This document shows, one piece after another, positions 60,601 through 64,000 of a DNA stretch of 64,000 bases. The notes under the pieces were generated by a model. The model searched no databases, was not told the DNA's origin, and saw only the letters and a program-made list of their open reading frames with translations. The stretch covers positions 2,783-66,782 of the IMG/VR virus record IMGVR_UViG_3300028840_002073; one strand, written 5' to 3'. Source of the DNA: a virus. How positions within the stretch are numbered: position 1 is the stretch's first letter; each line of letters starts with the position of its first letter. The position numbers and the translations under genes were made by a program.

Positions 60601-62355
60601 GGTCGGATCGGTGATGGCTTGGACTTCCTGCGTGAGGCGGCCCCGGAGGTTCACGAGCTCCGCGTCGCTCGCGGCCTGGCCGATGGGGTCGTCGGCGCCG
60701 GGCGGCTCCACCCGGCCCTTGTTGACTTCCCTCTGGGCCTCGGCCAGGGCCTCTCGCATCTTCGTGAGCGACGTGATCTCCGCGGGGTCCTTGGCCCCGG
60801 CGATCTCGCCGTCCAGGCGCCGGAGGATCTCGGCGACCGCGTCCTGGGCCGTCTCGCCCACCGCGCCCTGCTTCGGCTGCTGCGGCCGCCCGATGCGGTC
60901 CACCAGCTCGAGGAGGTTCCGCTCGGCCGAGGCGGCATCCCCGAGGTCTATCATCCGCTCGCTCGGGGGCTGGCCGGGCGGGGTCGGTTCCTTGACCCGC
61001 ACGCGCAGGGGCGGGTCCGCGCCGGGCTCCCACCCCCCGCGGTACTCGCGCAGAGTCGCGGCGTCGGCCTCGGCCAGGGCCCGCGCTCGGTCCGAGAGCT
61101 TGCTCAGGTCCAGGTTCTCGAGTTCCGCCAGCGGATCCCGGATCGCTCCGGAGCGGCGCATATTCTGGAGCCCGAGGAGGAGGTCGTCGGCTTGGTTGTT
61201 GAGATCCATCCGGGCGGCTTCCGCCTCGGGGGTGCCGGACCGCCCGAGTTCCTCGACGCGGAACCGGATGCGCCGGAGCTGCTCCAGGGCCTCGAGCTCC
61301 GACATGGCCCTCGCCGCCGGGGGCTCGTAGGCCAGCTTCGGCTTGCGGAACGGGGCGACCGGGCTCGGCGTTGGCGGGGCCTCTGGAGGCGCTCCCGGGC
61401 GGGGCTCGAACGGCAGCGTCCCGGGCGGGGCGCCCTCGGGCGGGGGCGGACCCTCCGGGGGCGGGCCTTCCGGTGGCGTCTCTGGGGGCTCCTCGGGGAG
61501 GTCCTTCTTCGGCTCCTGGCCCCGCATCTGGTCGCGCAGCTTCCGGAGCTCGGCGGTCGTCAGGCCGCGGGTCGTCTCGGGGGGCACTCCCAGGCCGTCC
61601 AGCTCCCGGACGATCCGGCCCCGGCTCCGGATGGCCAGGCCGCGCTCGGCCAGGGGGGCGAACACCAGGCCCGCCTCGACGGCCGACTCCGCGGCCGCCT
61701 GCGAGACGGCGGGACTCCAGCCCTCCTCGCGGTACGTCTGGTAGGCGTGGTCGGCAGAGTCGTAGGCCCCCTTCAGCATCATGGCCCCGAACCCGACGTT
61801 GGCGACCTTCCCGACGACGGGGAAGACCTGCGAGGCCCCGTGGGTCGCGGCGATCAGGGCGAGGTTCGTGGGGTCTGAGGCGATGTCCACCGTCTTGCCG
61901 ACGACGCCCCGCGCCGCGGCCTTGGCGTGCTGCATGGCCGGCGCGTCGGTGGCCTCGACCCGGCCGACGTAGGTGTCCTGGGCCAGCTCCGGCGTGGAGA
62001 CGGGCGGCGGCACCGAGGGGTCCTCGGGGACACCCGGAATCGGTGCAATCTTCCGCATCCAGGACTGCGGGCTCCGGTGCATCCAGTTGGCGGCCTTCTG
62101 GCCGACCGGGCCCCCGACTGCCAGGGCGACCGGGAGGTCACGGATGTTGGTCGAGATGTTCTGCTGGAGGGCGCCGAGGCCGGCGAGGATCCGCTCCATG
62201 CGGCCCTGCTCGTCCTCCTCCTGGGGGGCGCCGGGTCGGGGCGCGACGTGCTTGGAGACAACGGGCCGTTCCAGCCCCTCGTACTGCTTCCGGAGCTTGG
62301 CCAGGTGGCGCTGTAGACGCGGCGAGTAGGTGGGTGGCCTGAAGTTGGTCCCCAT
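48697..62355 (-). CDS. Giant polyvalent (DarB-like, probably ejected) protein, 4552 aa
   Basis: TGT-like domain (about 59030-59750), strawberry-notch SF2 helicase (about 54350-55800), HhH-glycosylase-like domain (about 53080-53570), JAB/RadC domain (about 52330-52700), helical C-terminal virion domain. Confidence 0.85.
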   Translation of the reverse strand: MGTNFRPPTYSPRLQRHLAKLRKQYEGLERPVVSKHVAPRPGAPQEEDEQGRMERILAGLGALQQNISTNIRDLPVALAVGGPVGQKAANWMHRSPQSWMRKIAPIPGVPEDPSVPPPVSTPELAQDTYVGRVEATDAPAMQHAKAAARGVVGKTVDIASDPTNLALIAATHGASQVFPVVGKVANVGFGAMMLKGAYDSADHAYQTYREEGWSPAVSQAAAESAVEAGLVFAPLAERGLAIRSRGRIVRELDGLGVPPETTRGLTTAELRKLRDQMRGQEPKKDLPEEPPETPPEGPPPEGPPPPEGAPPGTLPFEPRPGAPPEAPPTPSPVAPFRKPKLAYEPPAARAMSELEALEQLRRIRFRVEELGRSGTPEAEAARMDLNNQADDLLLGLQNMRRSGAIRDPLAELENLDLSKLSDRARALAEADAATLREYRGGWEPGADPPLRVRVKEPTPPGQPPSERMIDLGDAASAERNLLELVDRIGRPQQPKQGAVGETAQDAVAEILRRLDGEIAGAKDPAEITSLTKMREALAEAQREVNKGRVEPPGADDPIGQAASDAELVNLRGRLTQEVQAITDPTQRTRVELVIDSIDAQLRQPGRLHGPPAPPAEGVLPEPVEGPAPKPPPSPPPTEVPPVVEGAAVPAPAPGKAPPARPAPPTERPGVPPTAPQLPPGEAPPAGPRVPPTPGAPDMEEAGPAVRGDIGRGPGGEGWVVRFYDREGREAMPPLSAPTKAKAKEILKGAKTTLQRNRREERKVTLSPEEGRVVATDPVTLRDEDSFQLALEAYAAGRPGSSHILKSLRSAKQLGAEIHPSWLEVFPLLSEIETTGKRTPIRKGELDPQMSPEDRAEFVSGERIEGAEAADLFFVSGQSRPRDIAAAAQMERPFGVDVGELSKRGVDEIAAAVGRMGANVFVDSGAYSLFKKGLRAPEGVEVEPLDFGKILQKYDELLDRTATLADPEERTWGTFNLVMPDVVGDQAATLEALAAFAPEVQRFLGQAHVNPIFPLQKGDLSLFEMWQAVAQHAGTQDFTVGIPGNAAAVTPEEVGEFVRQAKEAGTLPPQIHFLGVGPGARLEELVDAVRDAGPMDPNRTIPVTADANLVRSMMTPGVARVDAQEGALGAPPGTLEGGAPPLEQPGVRGLPESLQKMDPVQRLEYVALVEAGINQGQDTPEKLMAWAEEQLIVEMPADEAQWHLERFAEKPPEEAEPEEEYEEEPEPPPPPQVAPPAINVPRGTKVKKVNPKDRDAYIEQQGGDTELYKQNTYKPMNGYDPVRKYLKILRAAEANYPDETAYLDAIRAELDHNVRFYAIITNNPEVGELALEMERNGNTKRHHAYATSVPDSIVAAWDELSRQRDAHVVDGQWTTDPAVFFRAEDAFEDLGVDVERMKHRELELGWARIHAQAEAEGLIEDTEALYEILQQLGGFERFSRYGRMMGYETDPEWFRKDFQYDAIQDAVAAKAVERTLTADGEGYAQAFVPAEIVSEIVSNPPAVDEAVVQERVKEAIEREKAREETGKKKPPRKKKPKPKKEPKPKTLEDQLYALIGKHVEDVRRMQTGDKARELIRLTAEVRRRREDLKTQKGRKAKREYEEKKLELEGISGGFENYLGMVLPNAGAREKIIRLIKRIAKERVVVPKSRVKADGKFLPITQRTIDSAVDHLDIDPAELEAAVEQNRTEITVPEDVVLGEIERDAEKFAGMAERGELEDVLAYNVVTKAWDRAKKVKIRWKFHFADIPGMGEKTIKMALQSGPGHPQFKKILDFRTRKLAEGRAIEEALADMKPDYFDDPDALAALESIGLALEEDLQETPEPAGRPALAGDNEGQFADGTETHLLKTFMWGLKKPGTQESFTTQEVIDAIRRGKGQEYVRIVHAFRDAVNAEGGEADDVPFDVPEGGAAPGEGPVESTPAKPYGEQRYAWAVPVKVTWEDGSVHHDAVKGLNPGHALYRARENWPDAIRVEVDELGLHGLVEAKKQPYGRVRDKSGQELIPGYTEATMETPIITEGNLPGSMFSKEEQQKRDRAEKGEEKPKEPGQMDLFGGLAEAPRPLGGRYGPRPVRPTKKQLDLFERPAKPVDRPATPSYSPRRGPAAAGGPGRGRPEPQPAPRAGVGREADRQPAPGGPPGVDRRGRGLGGVERPPEVQQAPGAAPRAGIYDILTIRPEATDAIAPDFDLIPADLKPHLNSAQHVGVAKALAAMDKGEGFLMADGTGVGKTRQVLAVAARYARQGKKVLILAPAEVLKAKKRQGAWTISGSYVDDGAQMGVSLKFLPSSSRGKPAGELDPGVIHISTYYKVAHQPVDENTILISDEAHKFKSAFASQTGQAGINHAAKAAAVLFATATPGDKPIHLLYLDRIGIREGKPQDQFMKDLGMTAVKQKFRLKDPKTGEWKDVTKTVYSHGASKKKTYRLMEELFERVTRKGNIIRREIDMTGMDIQFRDVPLGEETKEMLDRIAEAKWPNRAVMLQHQRRQQEPDKLPAAQELIQSELAAGRSVVVFAARVNFSEAAVKTKIRDLNGEELGIEKEVIASSEGTLKLLRSWLQDQNIPYAEVHGAAEKGAAEEMDRFQSGQVNVMIATPEAGGTGINLDDRTGSRPRTMIVITAPFDSINNVQMVGRIHRVTTKSQGRVIYLFSDQAVDDWNKSIIGTKMKMLGAQVSGNVGLLDPGEMSEFGDPGQPDPGADRKKQSPLQHIARSHLETLIRNRGQDVVSLKQFRFIRRRLQALGAIFDDRHDTLGKYGDFTIETSDGEPFTGRLIPPEGDIGPAGYVSYAGPGEELPKREKPDPKIVAEPAEMDDVLFEMNQLASGANKYKGRRQTKPLVSIKQNRFIYNKLKKLGAVFTAPVGDPRNSFQIKTSTDTIYGKFHPFRPAAGNTAAFRGLFSWAVGERPSFFGVEAPRRKYGTDAAIGMDELFATLDEFKDWRDFHVRHDKTLASLFGNDAMLFRAILGITSQAADVRANVALAVKAYQQMRLGEPFKGYLPAVRRNLERLRSSNGVRGQKIRPYTRAELGFDAIAVDRHIARFVLGRENLQKGNSPNGSQVKFIQDLLRQAADELGWTGDEVASAVWAAQQIRGDSIPPEEVMTYDTVLQRHATAIRRFRSYFGDVAGPGGRVDDALSALAESGRDPVQIALDFLGDRDESHDPEDLAEIGLDWVERVVGPPGQLRPYRIGTGIALEDLGASDTPKHLGASIREAFFKEGQFDLDGMKVNSIEDLGLLGQLLRNPAFETSYIFPVKDGEILESWAETIRLPAAAPATPRPDDWTDWKQRLGEKLDAVGAEGFYAFHNHPSGNPVASVSDINITGVLLHLFGDRFLGQVVVDHGTFTVMDPHKGDFKANWRSLAQFMGLRHAYVEGDITDEQAMSLSMELTNPQRLKARAHEWIKYAPSIRRLPDPFMVKDRANIYKRKLAHTEALQEAVPEALALRAAETQAADQPLIMFLDVEYRIRQIASVPVDFFNESHRMRRWIINQGRAIGADNAVLIIDPGNLSVLRTASDLIKDGYALDGVVSTDPVAAETLRTRVGAMGQGIPFWQALPRLEQRSVRPEIFVAEERQPYRRRGRGVPPAGGGGDDGDEPPGPFNWPDREGPGTRWWNRRVAYARARMRARWGEAAMGFDPRWFWDAVVLGADSFARGIRSFSRWLISMGDVKDRTLLQRVWEYLQSIARPQYRETIKRGKPTDVTGVRTPDGRPRGPIRPIPEPSKKDLRAMLKWLESMMVPDPGTGKPPEFNWKGERIGLSTNITRISNERGIRDFITQSAHALESKFGEARSYRSWREAKEMALELGWTEREFVKALKEKGALTDYEIIAGRILRQEAGIDFINKQQAYRDAKTAVAEAQTPQEKAARQQTALELEREMHAALQKAIGIQYATVAAGSEAGRALAAHRMWIESLTPEERFLQRMMRGRKPGDQLIDELAAAIHKQDMAAVNQIYRQIHKPTRLDQFLEYWINSILSGPATQGANITGNLVHEALLRTPERGIASALEQRGVRQAIERFLTGEARPQERVPGEMMEAARALGKYRFGLVSAFKLAKTALVREDIGFGVKGEYRPPAIPGRFGKLVRTPGRIMEALDVGAKYAAASAERSAQVFRKAALESRGQGWTREQLLNRMKEINQSLDKYLEIEARRQIDPREVSKEDVSFLLRNKELGKIKKEMEHAADVSTFRDETTLFSKYIQLLRGKYPWLTFVVPFIRTPERILIQAVRRTPVGLARTVQNIRSGKLKGGEASDRLAQGILGSFISAGVYMMAKDGLITGGGPAEWDERRNWLATGKQPYAIKIGNTWVSMARIEPIATSLGFAADLAEATDERIAGDIWDKLHYSVMNNITGKTYLEGMVSAAEAVGDPDRYGARFFKRMVGAMIPNLLASAARSIDPTIRQTDDISSTLIARVPWFSQNLPPKLTGTGEPIQRGEDPFSRFASPFRYSPEAGPERNLERLFLETGYTPNAPPRFMSIPGAMGRKIALNQRERELYAAYAARASAFARNLTSNSDWDGMDIYAKTEFLKRIYRFAHDAARREIHRSIMARIATGEYELKRR
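55803..56066 (-). CDS. Overprinted 87-aa gene nested in the giant ORF (different frame)
   Basis: GTG 7 nt after a consensus promoter; nested frame has GC3-rich codons and a helical protein-like sequence while the host frame is R/G/P-rich. Confidence 0.6.
   Translation of the reverse strand: MDRQPPEAPDGVALSLSQLLEQGLDEKQIDNLPPEVLQALIDGDGDLEEWSVLQKYNRLLERRRGRGSTTSSPSDRKPPTQSPPTST
56074..56102 (-). promoter_or_regulatory. Intragenic sigma70 promoter
   Basis: TTGACA (56102-56097)-17 nt-TACTCT (56079-56074). Confidence 0.7.
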
Positions 62356-62363
62356 GTCTCCTC

Positions 62364-62393
62364 TTTACACGCTCGCGTTGAGCGTGTTAGTGT
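62364..62393 (+). promoter_or_regulatory. Promoter with palindromic operator in the spacer
   Basis: TTTACA-18 nt-TAGTGT with TG extension; ACACGCTC-N5-GAGCGTGT at 62367-62387. Confidence 0.55.
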
Positions 62394-62416
62394 CCTCCTT
62401 GCGGGAGAAAAGCACG

Positions 62417-62803
62417 ATGTCTGAGTACCAAATCGACCCTTGGCACCCGACGAGCCCGCTGGTTCCTGGGGGGTGGGCTGAAAGCCATGCAGACGCGAAT
62501 TCCACGTCCAGTCTCAGCCTGACCCAGGACTTTCGGTTTGAGGTTCCGGCGCCCCCGGTGCCTCCAAGTCCCCGGGGGGATGTCCAACCCATCGTTCAGG
62601 GAATCCAGGCCCACTACGCCAGCCTGCCGTCCCTCGTCGTCGCGTCGTCCCCACCCTCTCATGGCGTCCAGGAGGACGGGCTGAGCGAGGTGGGCCTGCT
62701 GCTGCTCATCTCGGTCGCCGTCGCTGGCTTGCTCGTGGGGGTCATGGGGGCGGGGCTCCTACTTCTCCTGCGGCGTCGACGGCGCGAGCATCCCCGCCGC
62801 TAG
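62417..62803 (+). CDS. Counter-oriented membrane protein with C-terminal TM and poly-Arg (moron-like)
   Basis: GGGAG RBS, own promoter, LLLLISVAVAGLLVGVMGAGLLLLL-RRRRR. Confidence 0.5.
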   Translation: MSEYQIDPWHPTSPLVPGGWAESHADANSTSSLSLTQDFRFEVPAPPVPPSPRGDVQPIVQGIQAHYASLPSLVVASSPPSHGVQEDGLSEVGLLLLISVAVAGLLVGVMGAGLLLLLRRRRREHPRR

Positions 62804-63802
62804 CATCGAGAGCGGATCCGCCTTCGGGTCGCGGAGCTGGTGGCCCATGATGATGTTCGCGTAGTCCCGGCGCTCCCGCTCGAGGCGCTCCATGTACTGC
62901 GTCTTCTCCGGGCCGTCCGGCATCTCGGCCATGGCCTGGTTCATCTGCTCCGTGACCTTCGCGTAGGCCTGCAGCGCGGCTTGGACCCGGGCCCCCTGCG
63001 ACTCCTGCTCGATGATCTCGCCCCCGTACCGCCCCTCGGCCTCGATGCGGGCCTCCTCCATGGGGTCGATCTCGGCTTCGGCGACGGCCCGCTTCGCCTG
63101 GGCCTCGGTCATCTCCTGCTCGATGTCCTGGGCCCTGGCCCCGCGCTCCCACCGCTGGCGGTCCGAGACGTCGCGGGCATCCATCGAGAGCTCACCCGCG
63201 GCGTAGAGCTGGTTGAGGGCCGCGCTCGGGGCCCAGCCGGGCGAGCGGTCCGCCGGCAGACCGGACGGGGGCCCGGCCGATGGCTCCGCACCGGGCGGGG
63301 TGTAGATGGTGGCCTCCGGCCCCGCCGCCACGCCACCCTGGGGCATCTCCTCGGGGTCCCGCATGGGGACCGGCGGCTTCCCGCCCAGCGGGTCCGTGAT
63401 GTCGATGGGGGCGTTGGTCGCCACGATGCGCCCGTCCGGCATCTTGATCGCCCGGTGTCGCCCGCCGCCCTCGTTCTCGCCCTTCCCGAACTTCGGGAGC
63501 GGGGCGTCGGGGGAGCCCGCGTCCTGCTTCTGGGAGGCTCCCTGGCCCCGCGGGTCCACCTCGGCCCGGTCGGCCTCGATCTCCTCCTGGGCCTTCGCCT
63601 GGGGAGGGGGCGGCGCCGGGGTCGCCCCGGCCAGGCCGAGAGTCGCATCGCGGGAGGGGAGTTGCGGCACGCCTCCGGGTCCGGGTGCCGATCCGGCCAC
63701 GCCCAAGGCTCGCTGGAAGCGAGGATGCCGCCAGATGCCTCGCAGCACTCCACCGACCGCCCTGGGGACGGCTCCTGGGTCTGGTCTGAGGACGTCAGCC
63801 AT
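62759..63802 (-). CDS. Putative internal virion/ejection protein
   Basis: 347 aa Pro/Ala-rich N-half and helical Glu/Gln/Met-rich C-half; upstream of the giant gene. Confidence 0.55.
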   Translation of the reverse strand: MADVLRPDPGAVPRAVGGVLRGIWRHPRFQRALGVAGSAPGPGGVPQLPSRDATLGLAGATPAPPPPQAKAQEEIEADRAEVDPRGQGASQKQDAGSPDAPLPKFGKGENEGGGRHRAIKMPDGRIVATNAPIDITDPLGGKPPVPMRDPEEMPQGGVAAGPEATIYTPPGAEPSAGPPSGLPADRSPGWAPSAALNQLYAAGELSMDARDVSDRQRWERGARAQDIEQEMTEAQAKRAVAEAEIDPMEEARIEAEGRYGGEIIEQESQGARVQAALQAYAKVTEQMNQAMAEMPDGPEKTQYMERLERERRDYANIIMGHQLRDPKADPLSMLAAGMLAPSTPQEK

Positions 63803-63805
63803 CTC

Positions 63806-63988
63806 TCACCTCGCTCCCATGCGGGCCCGGAGGGCGCGTGCGCCCGCCTTGGCGTCCCGCTTCCGCCGGGGCTTCTTCGTGCCGCCGACGTAGGTGTCCT
63901 TGAGCCACTCGTTGTGCGGCTCCGACCGGGTGAAGTTTCTGAGCGGCTCACCCGGCGTGTGGAACTTCGTCCAGTTCTTCAGGCTCAT
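63806..63988 (-). CDS. Small basic hypothetical protein
   Basis: 60 aa ORF ending 3 nt before the next start. Confidence 0.5.
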   Translation of the reverse strand: MSLKNWTKFHTPGEPLRNFTRSEPHNEWLKDTYVGGTKKPRRKRDAKAGARALRARMGAR

Positions 63989-64000
63989 CCGAGGGTGCCG

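Overview
A GC-rich tailed dsDNA phage with a P22/podovirus-like layout, probably most of a circularly permuted genome. The minus strand carries a late operon: Cys-rich lipoprotein, TerS, TerL, portal, GroES, scaffold, major capsid, adaptor and tail proteins, running off position 1. A second minus-strand late block holds an ejection-type protein, a 4552-aa polyvalent protein, fibre/LamG proteins, an M15 endolysin, six consecutive signal-peptide proteins, a lipoprotein and a holin-like gene. A short plus-strand operon encodes RecE/RecT-like proteins, a DUF1376-DnaA_N initiator and a nuclease. Two minus-strand operons of small accessory genes flank a non-coding control region at about 25.55-26.34 kb. 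I saw no integrase, DNA polymerase, reverse transcriptase, tRNA or CRISPR array. The most unusual signals are: (1) a cassette of Sec-exported, Gln(+1), Cys-paired tail-fibre/LamG-like proteins; (2) a gene with its own sigma70 promoter overprinted inside the giant ORF; (3) a Tat-signal micro-protein resembling the N-terminus of the phage's own capsid protein; (4) a shared operator motif, NrdR-like boxes and an RBS-sequestering hairpin. All family calls are by eye and no database searches were run.
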